Positions 48,263 through 61,640 of a stretch of 64,000 nucleotides of DNA are shown one piece after another. Numbering within the stretch: the first letter of the stretch is position 1; every line of letters starts with the position of its first letter. Below the pieces are notes generated by a model that ran no database searches, had not been told where the DNA came from, and was given only the letters and a program-made list of their open reading frames with translations. Source of the stretch: Callorhinchus milii (lineage: Eukaryota); assembly GCF_018977255.1 (NCBI RefSeq), contig NW_024704742.1:95916001-95980000 (forward strand), given 5' to 3'. The position numbers and the translations under genes are program-made.

Positions 48263-51200
48263 AACTGTTTTGAGAATTTAGATCCTTTTGCAGCTAGTTT
48301 TCTTTTGTACAGCTTTCAAAACAATATCAGATGCAAAAAAAAATTCATACCTGTTGCCTGAACATTTTGTCCTTTTAACCCAGAATTTGGAACTGTGAGC
48401 CCATTGCATTATGAAAAAATTGTATATAGTTTTCTGTGATGTAATATGACCCAGGTTACAAGTGCTATGCCACGTTGAACTGCCAATATAGTACCATATG
48501 TCCCCAGTATAATGGGATGTACTACAGCAGTTCCCACCTGCTATCAGTACCAAATTCTTTTTGAAAAGGAAAACAACACAAAAATGCAATGCCTTCTTTG
48601 GAACAGAAATTGAAGGGCAAGATTAATGTATGCTCATGCCATTGTGTGCAGTTAGTTTAACTTGGCAAGATCACTTTTGGTTCTTAATGTAATTGTATTT
48701 TCAGGACCCCATGGTGAGTCTGGAGGGCATCCCGTTGTAATGAAGCAGACGTTTTATGATGGGCAAGGGGATTCCACTCCACAGCATTGGCGCCAATACT
48801 TTTTGTAATGTGTGCTGTCTTATAGACTGATCTCAACTGTCTACTTTTTGTTCCAATCCCTTCTGAATACCTATTAAAACTTGGCCGTTTCTCAAAAGGA
48901 CCAGACAAATGGTCCAAAATCTATGCGTACACCAGATAAGCCAGTAAACGAATGCATCCTAATGTACCTTAATGCTGTGAAGTGGAAGTGGCAATCAAAC
49001 CCTCTGTTTCCTATGGTTATTGCAGCATATTTGCTTCATTGATGCTGTGTTGAACTCACAGCTCTGTTGCCTCTTGAGGTGTGGACCTGAGGCATCCAGA
49101 AGCAGCATTACCAATGGATACAATGAAACTCATCTCTAATGGTTCCTGGTTGCCAGTTTTTGAGTATTTTTGCACTTTTCAGCATTAGTAAATTTTCCCC
49201 AATGCACAAACTGCACTGAACCATAAAGTGAACTCACAACCATTCAGTGCAGGTGAGACCAGACTAGATTGCGCTATTTGACCTAAAAAGGCCCTTACAA
49301 ATTGTGAAGTAATAATATGGTTCTTAATCCAAATATTGGTAATTGGAATGGATTTGCCTTAAGCATTCCATAAGATTTTTGAGTGAAGTTGAAGAAATAG
49401 TAAGCAATCTAGGTTCTCTTTCATGATTTTCTTTTCTAACCTGCCGACTAATTCAGAGGAGGGAGGAAAATGTGGCAGGTGAAGCCGAGTGGCAGGATGG
49501 CAACCATATTCTAAACTTTACCATGAAAAGTGTATTCTGCAGCATCAGCCAAAATGATATAATCCTCCTTGCCCACTCCTCTTTCACGCCCCCGCTCCCC
49601 CCATATAGCCAATTGCCACCAGGCTGCCTTGCTGGTCTTGGAGTATAATTTGTAAATTGATGAATTCCTCAAAATAAATATATGATCCTGTAAGTCATGG
49701 TCCATATTCCTCGCCACATCTGTAAATCTATGCAAATTTTCCAGAACTAATAAATTCTATTAAAAATGAATTTTGCAATTAAAAGTGCAATAAGATTGTC
49801 TTTATATTTAAAGAAAAGCTTTATGAAACGGTAACTTTAGTTATCCAGCCAGCAATTTTTCTAGATACTCTGAAGTAGGGAAGTAACCATCTTAGCGATG
49901 CTGTGACATACGGTCATTATGCATAAACAAAATTTGTATTTGCTGCTGACTGGATGGCAGCATTGATTTGATTCGCAGATCCTTAGTTTGCGAGATGAGG
50001 AACCAGGTTTGAACAACTTGATTTCTGACTTGATAGCAAATTGTTGCTTGTGACTATGAAGTATTGGACAAATTGTGGAATCTAGTTCGTAAAATTTGAC
50101 TATTTTTATGTCCATGGTGGACTTGAATCATACTGTTTTCTGGTGTCTGAAGCCAGCTTTCTTTTTTTAGAAAAAAGTAAACCTCTGGATTTGCTGAAAT
50201 ATCAAGCCATGTGCAAACCAAATAAAGCAACCAGATTCGGTCTAGTCAACAGGGGGAAAAAAGGAAGTAAAGTTGAGGTGGTTGTTAGAGGAGACAACAA
50301 TTATTTTGTCTTCCAACAATTATTTTAATGGTTATGACACCACTATATTCCTCGTTGTAGCACATTTGGGACTTCAGGTTGCAAATGGGTATAGTGAGGA
50401 GGAAGAAACGGTCAATTATCTTTAAACTATTCTCTTTCCTTTAAACCTACTCCCAGAAGATTTGTCTGCCTGCAAAAAAAAAAAAAATTTTTTCTCAGTC
50501 AAACACTTGCCAGCCTTGGAGATTGTTGAATTTCAGTTTATATTTTTTTTCTTTAAAACATCTTGCTTGTGAAATCTGTTGTCAGATAGAATGATTTAAA
50601 TGGGGGCTCATCTCTATCATAAAAAGGCTATCATTTCTATATCATTGAATAGATATTGGGAAAGTGTAAATTGGGCTGTTGCCAGTGAATGTCACCTCCT
50701 TTAACCTGATCTAAACTTAAAAGTATAAGTTTTATCATTTCTTCCTCCAACTCTCAACTCCCACTAAAGTTCGACAGCTGTAGGATACCATTCTTTCCAC
50801 AGTGGCTTAGCATTCTACTTCAGTTATGGGAAAGTAACAGGGAATGGTGATGTGGCAAACTTGCACCCCCAGATTTGTGCAAAGCAACAATCTGAGGCGA
50901 GTGACAATCTGATGTCACTGCCTCCACAACGGCACATGATTGCATATGCATACATTATTGTATATATTATATATTAATATATAATATATGCAGTAGGCAA
51001 TAGGCTTTGCCCTGTTCAGGTTCTTGTTTTGCTACCAGTAGCACCTTTTTTTATGCTGAAGAGCAACTGTAGCGTTGCGTGCCAACTGCTAAACCTATCC
51101 TGGGACGTGGTGGTAAAGTGTCACTTATACAGCTTTATTTATTTTGGCAGATTCAAGCTAAATGCAGCATGAGTAGTTAAACGACCATAGTGTTATGAAA

Positions 51201-51990
51201 AGGACTTTTTTTATTAGCATTGTTCTTCTAGAGTGTGTTTGGCACAAAAAATGATCTCAAGTTATATTATCCTGATACTAGTTAATCTTAAATCTTACTA
51301 CCATTTTCGTAATACTTTTCCTCCCTCACTTCACAACCTTACAATTTATAGTGGCTGGTTGCACTAAGCAAAAAGGCAGATTGAAGTTGCTTGTGTTTTT
51401 ACTGCAGTTTTATTCACATTTTTATGGCTTGCAGCATTTTTACTACTACTGATAAAGCAAACTGTTTTGATGGACAATGACATCACCAAAAAAACATCCA
51501 TACTGTTTGTCTTTGAAATTTGTACAGAGGTTTCTGCAAATACAAGAAAAAATGGATGTTGCTAGGTCTCCAGTTAAAATTATGTCAAATCATTTTGCTC
51601 CTGTTAAATTGGACATTTTTCTTTTTTGGGGGGATCAAAATCCTGTATTGAGGACAATTGATGTGCTGTGAATCCGTTTTATTTAATGAATAAGAATTGC
51701 ACTTGCCGAAATAACTCTTGTTGCCATTTAATTTAATAACAATCCAGTAATTTATTCTGTTTTGGTTCCAAGATCAAGAGTTGTTATGCAAAGAACTGTT
51801 GTACCTATAATGTTAAAAGTACAAGTGGAACTTTAAAAGATGTATTAGGAATGTGCAATGAATTGTATGAATAAAAGCTGTTATGAAAGCATCTGTTGGC
51901 TTGCGTTCTAATTTCTTTTTTCTTTGTTCTTTTTTTGCCCTTGTGTCTGAACCATCATGTCTATGCATTTTGTGGTTACTGTGGAAACAG

Positions 51991-52007
51991 AGCGAGACCC
52001 GGGCACA
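51991..52007 (+). CDS. TLE1: TLE1 exon 8, 17-nt microexon (E)RDPGT
   Basis: ggaaacag|AGCGAGACCCGGGCACA|gtaagt. Phase 1 entry matches exon 7. Corresponds to DREPGT of mammalian TLE1. Confidence 0.9.
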
Positions 52008-55000
52008 GTAAGTACATCTAATATCCCACTTCCACTATGTATTCAGTACCTTTTCTGTTTATAAAAGAGCAGGTAGTAAGGCACAATTCTGCCAAATGGA
52101 AGCAGATAAAAGCTTGTAAATAAGTTTCACTGAAACATCTTCCATCTAAATAAAATAACTTAATCCCCTCTTTATAATGTGGACCTACTGAGTCCAGTTT
52201 ATTCTGGTTCAAAATAGCTTATTAGTCATTTTCTATCTTCCTTCCCATACCTCCAAATCTTTATGCTGAAGTTCCATCAAAGATAAGTGACAGATGCACA
52301 CTGATAACGTCAGATAATTTGGCATTCTATTGGCTATATCTTGTGCATATCTCTTACTATGATGTACTAATCTTTAATCTACAAGTTTGTACTCTATTGT
52401 AGGTAAATTCTGAACCGTTCATACCAAACTTTGAGCTACATTCAAGCTAGATTATCAAAAAAGGTTAAAAGTGCATTTGGCCTTTTTGTAGTTAAATAGG
52501 AGCTACATCTGTGATTTGACTCTTGATAACCATAGCTTCTCTTCTCTCCCCACCCCACTTCCCTGTCCACAACAATATAAAATTCCCACAATATTTACTA
52601 AGAGTTGTGCTAAAGCATCTTGGTTATGCTGTGCCATCAATGTTGCATTATGTCCATGTACCTACTCTTCGAGTGTTAATCAGCCAGGCAATGCAGTTTT
52701 GTTTACCTATTGAGGAAAAACAAATTGTATTTTTCTGTGTGTGTGTTCAATTGCACTTTAGTTTCATAGTCTTGGTGTGTTGGCAGTTAACATTTTTTTT
52801 CACAAGGGTTTGCACCACAGGAACACGATTTGGAACCTATCACAAATTTACTGTGTAAAGTGATGCAACAACATTAGTTAGCATGAGCGTGCTGGTAGCA
52901 TTTATGATGGCAGACATTTTTTTTCAAAAATCAAGGAAGTATTCCTGCACTAATTTTCCAGCGATGATTATTCAAAGCTGCGTTTAAAAAAAATCTGCCC
53001 AAATGTTGTTACAGTTGAGTGATTTATGGTGTATTTGCAGCACAATGGTGGCAAACAATCCAAGCGCTGACCCAATATTGTGATTCCCATTTGTTTCCTA
53101 ACATGGGAAAACAGTGGCCACTTAGTATAGTGCAAGGATTGTAATGATTCTATTGTTGAGTTTCCACACACAAGAAAATAATCTTGACCAGTTAATTTCC
53201 TCTTGTGGCCAAATTTCCCTTGAGCTTAAAATTTCATTTGCCATCTCTCCTTATGGGCAAAACTTCCCAGTGAATTTAATTACTGTAAATTTAAAATGAT
53301 CCATCAAGCTCAAGCTGTTTTGGACCTGACAAGAGGTTTAGGTGGCTGCACTTACCAAAGCACTTGACGTCTATGTTTACCTCCAGAGAGCTTAATGAAT
53401 GTAACCATACATCTGTCAGACTTACCTCAGATGTTCATTTATCACTTGCTCTCCCACTGCTGAGAGATTATACTGTGAATGCATAGAAATGCAAATATCT
53501 CAGCAGTAGCTGAAACATTATGAGCAAGTTGTGGTCAGTAGAACACTATTGTGCACAGTACTTAGCAAAACTTGTGGGAGCATTAGCTCATCAAAGATTG
53601 AGACACTGTATGCTTGGTTGATGTAGTATTTAGTTAACCAGCTACTGGTTTTCATATAGCCTGTGGCTGCTGATGCCTGGAAGCCACCTTGTTTACCTTG
53701 TTGGGTGGAATACTGAGCACTGACATCACTGGAATTTGTAAGGCTTGACTTGCAACTATTTTATTCCAATCTTTGGGAATTTCTAGATAGTTCATTGATG
53801 CTGAGTAGTGCTGGGTGGCCTGATAGGTCAGATCCTGACTGATAGTGGACTTTATGAAGGCCGCCTTCATTGCTGTGTCAGGATGATGACGCTTCAGAGT
53901 TTGCACGAAGACAGCAACCATTGGCTAGAATTGTTTTGGGCGAGGGAATGGACATCAAATGTGGGCAGTATCTGGCTTGGCTCTGATGTTTTTAGGTGAA
54001 ATAACATGTTGGTATTTTGTTTCACTGCTCACGTGAACAATGGCCCATGGTTGAGGTACTAGAGAAGGGGGAATGTCTGGCACCCAAATTGCGCACATTC
54101 AGAAGAAGGTGGGGAAACAAAGACACAAAAGAAAATAATGGCTTGCATTGCAAATAAAAGAAAAACATAAGAACCACACCACCAACTGAACCACTTCTTT
54201 TTTGAGAAGTGGACCCAGGGTCCCTACCCAGCTGTATGTCACTCTTAGGTTTCTACTAATCATGATGCGACCAATGGAATTTGTTGTCTGCTCGACTTCA
54301 AAATTGTTTTGATCCAAGTGAGTGACATATACTGCACTGATTTTGATTAGCTTAATTTACAGTCTGATGTCTGGAGTTAACCTTTGGGGTGCTAGCAGAT
54401 CCATGAATCTGATCTACATTACGACTCATAAAGCACCTTTCTCGTCACGAGGACGCCTCAAAGCACTTCACAATGCTGGATGGATACTCAAGCTGAGGGG
54501 AGGGCGGGCGGGATCTGCTTCTGTCCCCATGAGTTGACTATTTCTGAAGATGTTTAGCTCACACACTGGAATTGAAAAAATAGCAAAAACTACTACTCTG
54601 ACATCAGGACAGCTTTATTATCGTAATTTTACTTTCAACCCACTAAAATTACATTTTTAAATAACTTTTTAAAACTTTACCTTACACATGTCCTGTTTTT
54701 CATATTTTCCCCTTTCCTGTTCCCTGCAATTTTATCCCAAAACATTTTTTTAAATTGTAACTAAATTTTCCTACTTTTCAAATTACCTTTTCTGCTTTTT
54801 CTAGCTCCCACTTAACAGAGAACATTTGAGTTATTTAATTGAAAGTTACTGTGTCAATACAATTGTTGCTGTTGAAACAACAGACTAACTTAAAGATGGA
54901 AGATTGACTCCAGAAAACAGCAAGCAGGTCAAATGCTGCAGTTTTCCTGTCCAAAGCAAGAAGTAAGGGTCAGGAAATGGTATACTTATTGACTGACCAT

Positions 55001-55014
55001 CTATGTTGAGTGAA

Positions 55015-55560
55015 CTACAACAAATTACATTTGTATAGCGCCTTTCACGTCGGGAGGTCATCTCAAGGCACTGGATATAGGAATTTGGACCCGAGCAAGG
55101 AAGTTGGGATCAGGAGAGTAGGTGGGGATAGGAGGGTGACTGAAGGCGTGGTTGAAGAGGAGGGTCTTGAGACATGGCTTGAAGGCCGTAAGGGAGGGAG
55201 CAAGATGAAGGGGCTCTGGGGTGGCATTCCAAAGGATAGAGGCAGAGGCTGAAAGCCCGACCCCGGATGGTGGAGCAGACCAGGTGAAGGATGTGGAACA
55301 GGTCACAGAGGTAGGAAGGAGCCAGGCTGTGAAAGGCTTTGAAGGCGAGGACGAGGATTTTGAATTTGATCCTCTGGGGGTTGGGGAGCCGGGCTAGGGT
55401 GGGGATGATGGGGTCATGGAGCCTAGTGCAGCAAAGGACACGAGCTGCAGAGTTCTGAATGATTCGCAGCTTGTGGAGGGAAGAGTTGGGAAGATCGACA
55501 AGTAGGGAATTGGCGGAGACTAGCCTAGATGTAATAAATGCATGGATGTAGCCAGTCAAT
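55015..55560 (-). mobile_element. L2-clade LINE 3' fragment (ORF2 C-terminus and 3' tail), decayed
   Basis: ORF 55110..55571 contains IHAFITSRL..NSLL..LP..LHKL..IQNSAARVL..RIKFKILVLAFKAFHSLAPSYLCDL, the typical post-RT segment of L2 ORF2. Tail gtgaaaggcgctatacaaatgtaatttgttg. Confidence 0.9.
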
Positions 55561-58500
55561 GCTCTCTTCAAGATTGGTGGATAACTTTAAATGATTCCCT
55601 ATGTGACAATATCGCCTTTTTGAAGATTCTGCTGCATCTTTAGATTAATCTCTTCCAACTCCATCCCTATAAAACACTACTGATATAATGCTAATTCTCC
55701 CTCTAACATTACGATCTCGCTGTTCTTCCATAGTGCACAAAATCAATTTGTGCAGCCATGTGCAGAACGAAGCTGAGTACTCAAGATTTATGCTCCATTT
55801 ATACTGCAGCGTAGCAATTTTCACATTGAATAGATGTTAAAAGTCCAGGATATAGTTTCAGAAAGGAATCGATGCCATCAGCTGCAATATAAATCTAGTT
55901 ATACTACAGCCGAATCCAATAAAAAATGTAATTATAAAAATACATTTAAAGATCCTTTGGCTATCCATTGGCTGGTACTAACTGAACATCTGAAGCGACA
56001 ATGTTTGCACACATCTCTTCATTGCTCTTGGATTTTTCTCTCCTTTCTCCCACTCCCTCCCCAGCATGTAAATTGTGTTATTCATCAATATTAAATGCTA
56101 ATTTTAATGTTGATTTTTAGTCCAAACCATTGAAAAGCAAAGTGGGTAATGGAGCAGGACTTTTAATGCCAAAGGCATGTTGAAATTTGTCTTTTAACCC
56201 TCAATTTATTAGAGTTATCATTAATTGAATATTTAAATAATGCTTTATATTTTACTTAAACCTTCACTTGTTCCTGATTCTTCCAATACCAACTTCAACT
56301 CTGTGGTGGTTGTCTGGATAGCCTCATGCTGGTTGCCTAGGAGTTAAACATTTCAAACTGTTATACATGACTAAATGTCTCTGATTGACAGGAATCCTCT
56401 TTTTGCCCAGAATAGATAGCCTATTCCCATTTTAAAATAATAGGATGAATTGGTACAATTTACATAGTGGGGGTAATCTCAGTTTGCTTTGGGGCATGGT
56501 TTTTTCAATTAATTTAAATCTATGTCTATTAATTACTCTTTGACCTCTAAAGGAACTACTGAAAATTATCCATATTTTTCTGTAAAATTCCTGATCTGCT
56601 ACACTCTTGATTTTTTTTGCTATTCAATGGACATGATGGCCCAGTGAAAATCCTCTGCTTCCTCTGTAATATCCTAATTGCTCTCCTCATGTGTATAAAG
56701 ATCATCTTTGAAAATTACATCCTTTTAACGCTAGAACATATTTTATTCTTTCCCACATTGTGTTTCTTTCATTAAGATGCAGTTAGCCATACATGCATAA
56801 AGCGTATCATAATGAGTATGTAGGTGAATTAAAATGTCATAATTTGCACCAGGTGCAGCATAGAATTATCACATAATATTACTTGGAGCTTAATGACTAT
56901 CTAATTGTTTAAATGTGTGGCACACCAAGTTATTTATCAACACTATGAGCTCATTCGTGCATTAACCACATTATGCTTGGGTTAGGCTAGTGAGGATAAA
57001 TGAGTTGTCATGGGCTTCAGGACTGTTTTGCAGACATGCTTCCTTTATTTCTTACGGCCTGGAAAGTATTGGTCCCATGGGGATTGGTGTGGCAGCTGAG
57101 GAAACATATCTGAATAATGGGCATTATATTCGCATTAGGGAGCCTGCCATCTTGCTTATGATGCACGATTGGCTTTTCCTTTCAAAAGATCATTTGCATT
57201 TGCCACTTAAGGTTTTTCTTTTGAATTCTGTTGGCAAGAGAGTCAGCTTGAAGGCCCAGATTAGCCATTATGTCAGCTTCAAACCGCACAGCTCACAATG
57301 ACAGGAAGTAATGCTATGTTAAGCATTAAAATGCTTTTAAGTAATAGTTTGGGAAATTATGCATTTAGTGTGCTTGGCTAATTTAGTAGTAGAAACATGC
57401 AGCTATTTGAAGAAATTACAGCGCGTAAATGTCAGGTTTTGTTTCGATTCTGTTAGTGCAGCATGTACCTACGCTTGGGAAGCATCTCTCCTCTTGCACA
57501 GCGAATCATTTTGACATATTGTTAAATGTAGTAAAAGAAATAATCTTTACCTCTTCTTGAAAGTGAGTCATGTTACTAATTATCAGTGGCTTGTGTCACA
57601 TTTATACCCAGGATACTGCAGAGCAGTTTTAACTATAGAAGCATCTCCGTCGGCAGCAATGGATCCATAGTCCTGCCAGCATACTGAACATTTGTTTCCA
57701 AGTTGCAAATTGTGACTTATTTTCTTTCCCTGCAGTCTGCATCAGCCAGTGGTGTGAAATTTCTTAGTTTGGAGATTAGCCGATCCAAGTACAGATAAAT
57801 CTGATGGCCGGTGGGACATCCTTTCAGTGTGAAAGGTGCTATATAAATGTAATCTGTTGTTGCTGTTAAATCTTCACTTTGCTATCTCTGCTGATGCTGC
57901 CACTGCCCAAGGTGTCAGGATGATAAGAAGGTAGCCAGTGCCTCTGGAAACAATGGCACCACTGTATTTGCATTGCAGTGTTTGGGAGGAGGGTGGGATT
58001 GCAGTATAAACAAAGCAAACCATACAACAAATGACTCAGAATGCGTTGAAAGAGGTGAATGAAAGTTGTGTAACTGAGAAGGGAAAATACAATTAACTGC
58101 CTCCCACTTACTGGGAGGATCCAGGCCATACTATTGACATGCTTATCAATCCCCTCCTCAGATCAACTGATGGATCACATGCTTCAAAAGTTTGTCTAAT
58201 TTTGTGTCCTTCTCTTCCTAAGCCTTTTAGATCTGTGCTCGATGAACCATCTATTTTAAATGGTAGTTGGAAGCTGAGGTGAGAACTTGATTGGTTGGTT
58301 TGGAACATATTGTTGTATCGCTAGAGCTCAGGAAACAACTACAAATGGAAAGTGGATTCTTATGGCAGTGTAGATTTCTGTACGTACTTAAACTTAAAAG
58401 AAAGGGACTGTCTGATCGTGACCCTTTGCTCATCTAGAAATGTTTAGAAAAGTTGCCTTAGAAGACAATTTTTGGCAAAGGAGAGAAAAAGGAAAATTGC

Positions 58501-58657
58501 TACTGTTTTCTTAAATATCGTCAATGATATATTAATGAGGAACGTTGAATTCATGAATTGCATTGGATGGAAGTTTCATTTTAAAAATAATACTTGAAAT
58601 GTTAAAGCATATGGGAAAGAATGAGAGTATAATCCTAGGAAAATTTGCCTTTTATAG

Positions 58658-59053
58658 GAGTCAGTCTGGCTCAGTTGGTAACACTCTTCTCTTGAGTCAG
58701 AAGGCTTATGAGTTCAAGCCCCACATTAAAGCCGTAAGCTATAGTCTAGGCTGATACTCCAGTGCAATGTTGGAAGAGTGCTACTTTGTTAGAGATTCAG
58801 TCCTTCAAATGAAACGTTAAACTGAGGTTATTTCTGCCTATTCAGGTTAGAGATCCCAATAGTACTATTTGAAGAGTTGGAAAGAGTATGAATAGGAAAT
58901 AAAATTTGTCATTCACTTTGTGGGACATTTCAATATGCAAATCGACTGTTGTATTGCCTACAATAGACACTTGACAGAAAACCATGTGAAGCGCTTTGAG
59001 ATGGTTAGCGACATAAGGTGCTAATCCAAATTAAGGACAAGTATATTGTTATT
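58658..59053 (+). mobile_element. Old DeuSINE-like element, near full length
   Basis: Head gtcagtctggctcagttggtaacactctt..gagtcagaagg..agttcaagccccac, core ctgcctattcaggt..gatccc, tail tgtgaagcgctttgagatg..ataaggtgcta. Confidence 0.8.
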
Positions 59054-60504
59054 ATTTTTCATATATATATATATCGTTAACTTATTTTTGATAAAAGACA
59101 ACAACAACAACCTACATTTATGTAGCCCCTCTCAAGCAGGTAGTGTCCCAGAGCTCTTATTAAGACGATTTATTAGAAGGTGAAAGGAAATTCAGTCTTG
59201 AATCTGACTTTGTTCAAGGGTCATAGGTTCAGACTGCTGGGATTAAAAGATAATCACTGGCAGCAAAATGCGTGGTAGGGGGACAAACTTACTGGAATTA
59301 TCTGAAATCAAGTGTGACATGCAGCCAGAGGAGTGTATTGGAAAACAAAAGGGATTTACATATGTCAGCTCTATTGTGTTCCCCATTCCGTCTCGCTTAC
59401 AGTGAAGTGGAATGGTTCTCCAATTACAGTTCACATGGGCTATGTAGAGTTTCATTGTTATTTTGATTAGCATTTGGTATTCATTTAGGTTACCAGCAGT
59501 GATTCCTATTTGGGAACAGTTACTAAACTAACCTATTTATCAAGACCAGCAATGACTATGCCATTATTGGTTTGATTTATTATTCTCATGTGGATCCAAT
59601 CTCCAGCAGATATTAAGATTTGAGCAATGCAAGTAATGTGAAAATCCAGTACTTCAGATGATGAAGAATGTACTCTTGATGCGTAAACTTTCTTGACTTT
59701 CACAGAATATAAATAACCCTGATTATACAACAGCTGTAAAATTTCTTCCTCTCTACTTTGGAGTGAATACTTCCTTCTCTGGGGACTGGTTAGTGCAGTA
59801 AATTGGGACCCTTTCATATCTGGGGCCTGGGTTGAATATAGACCAGACTGTTGGGATAAAAGTCCCCGTTAGTGAGTGTAAGTTCCTGAACCATATGACT
59901 CTGAGCATTTTCACACAAATTCTTACGGATGTGGGCTCACAGCGAAAAACTGCTTTGAATTGACACCTTTGCAATCATTAATTAGTGTGTTAAACCACTG
60001 TAACATACAGTTTTCTTTTCCCCCTGCAAACATTATGTAGGGTGTGGGTAAAGGGGGAGAAAGAGAGAGGAAATTATCCTAAAGTGAAAATGGTGTATGT
60101 GTAATGCATTGCTTAAATTATGGAGAGTAGATTAGGTTTACTTGTTTCATTTATTCATGCTCAGGCATATCCTGTAAATTGGTACCGATTGACCTTAACT
60201 CTTGGGCTGAACGCACACTAATTTGGTAATTCTAAGTAGTCGTTGGACTTGACAAGTGTCACATCTTAAAACTTGTGCTGCGGATGCTATGCGTTGTCTC
60301 CTTCCCCCACCCTCCCCAGCTATTTTGGCTGCTCGTGGAAATCTGCCGAAGGTGTCTTCATTGTAAATCAAGCAGACGTTATTCTATGCAAACTATTATC
60401 GTTGTCCTGAAGAAATGCCAAAGTGTGTTTAAACGACAGGATGAAGTTTTTCACTTTGTGTTTTCTATGTCAATTTCTTAAATGCCAACACATAGGGGAA
60501 GCTA

Positions 60505-60928
60505 GGTATCAGCTTGGCTCAGTTGTTTAGTTGTTTGCACTCTCGCCTCTGTATCATAAGGTTATGGGATCAGCCCTTCAATCTAAGCTGACACTCTAAT
60601 GCAGTGCTAGGGGAGCGCTGCATTGTTGGAGGTGCCATCCTTTGGATAAGATGTTAAATCAAGGTCCTGTCTGCTTGTTCAGGTGGCCATTAAAGGTCCC
60701 ATAACACTATTCAAAACGAGAAAGGAATTTCTTTTCCTGGCCAGCAATCCTCCGGATAAATAAAAATGGTCATTCACTTCATGGCTGTTTGTGAGACATT
60801 GTTCTGCACAAATTGCCTGCTGTATTCGCCTATAAATACACCACACTTTGCAGAACACTCTGTTGAAGTGCCTTGAAACATTATAATGCGATAAGCTGCT
60901 ATATGAAATGCATTATTTATTATTATTA
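60505..60928 (+). mobile_element. Old DeuSINE-like element, full length
   Basis: Head, then gagcgctgcattgttggaggtgcc..gatgttaaatcaaggtcctgtctgcttgttcaggtgg, the shared 3' half and an (ATT)n tail. Confidence 0.82.
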
Positions 60929-61150
60929 CATAGGACCGTAGCGATGTACAGGACCAGAAAAGATAATTTGTGATCATCTGGCCAGTCCTGAAATATAAAA
61001 GTCTTCTAGACTGCTCTCTCCCTCATAACCTCAATCAATGTATTCGCCAAATAGCTATTTAATTCCCTTTTGAATTTGCTGACACAATCTGCCTCTAGCA
61101 CCTCCCTGGGAAGTCTATTCCACATATTTATCACTCTCTGTGTAAAGTAA
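60929..61150 (-). mobile_element. CR1-clade LINE 3' end abutting a SINE tail
   Basis: The minus strand translates YFTQRVINMWNRLPREVLEADCVSKFKRELNSYL. Confidence 0.8.
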
Positions 61151-61424
61151 TTAAATCGAAACTGTCTGTTCACCTTCTCGCTTCTGACTTGAGGTCATGA
61201 CTAACCTGACTAAGTTGTGAGGGGTGAAGTTTATTTATGGGAAAGTGAGCAGTAGAGGCAGAGGCCAATTTTCTTTATCTATTAGCTCAAGAAACATCGC
61301 TCAGCCTTAGCCAGTGTTTTCACACACAGACTGAAACATGCATGTTTTGTTTAATCTGACATTCAGTTCAGTATTAAATGATGTCAAGAACACATGCATG
61401 GTAGATTGAAATCTACCGTGATCG

Positions 61425-61640
61425 AAAAGAGAAGGAAGTTTCCTCCTGGTGTCCTGGCCAACAAATTCCCCAAATAAAATTAGTCACTCACTCTATAGTT
61501 GTTTGGGGACAGTGCTGTGTGCAAACTAGTTACCATGTTTTGCCCACAAAGTACACACTTTACATTATATCATAGTAAAGCACTTTGAGACATCTCAATA
61601 ATCTAATAAGGCACTACATCAACTACAAGTATTATTACTA
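61425..61640 (+). mobile_element. Old DeuSINE-like 3' half
   Basis: ctcctggtgtcctggccaaca..gtttggggacagtgctgtgtgcaaa..aaagcactttgagacatc..taaggcactac. Confidence 0.75.

Noticed and set aside
16956..52007. Assignment of the gene to TLE4, TLE3 or AES/TLE5
   Set aside because: [39 protein letters not shown] and KDDKKHHDA fit TLE1, and the presence of exon 8 indicates a long TLE. A phylogeny would be the decisive test.
55110..55571. 153-aa minus-strand ORF as an antisense host gene
   Set aside because: It is a decayed L2 ORF2 C-terminus that has lost conserved motifs (DYCN, HWLP) and drifts out of frame.
57736..57798. Good acceptor (tttctttccctgcag) as TLE1 exon 9
   Set aside because: It translates SASASGVKFLSLEISRSKYR* with no similarity to the expected CcN exon (..KKRK..). 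True exon 9 was not found and is probably beyond the window.
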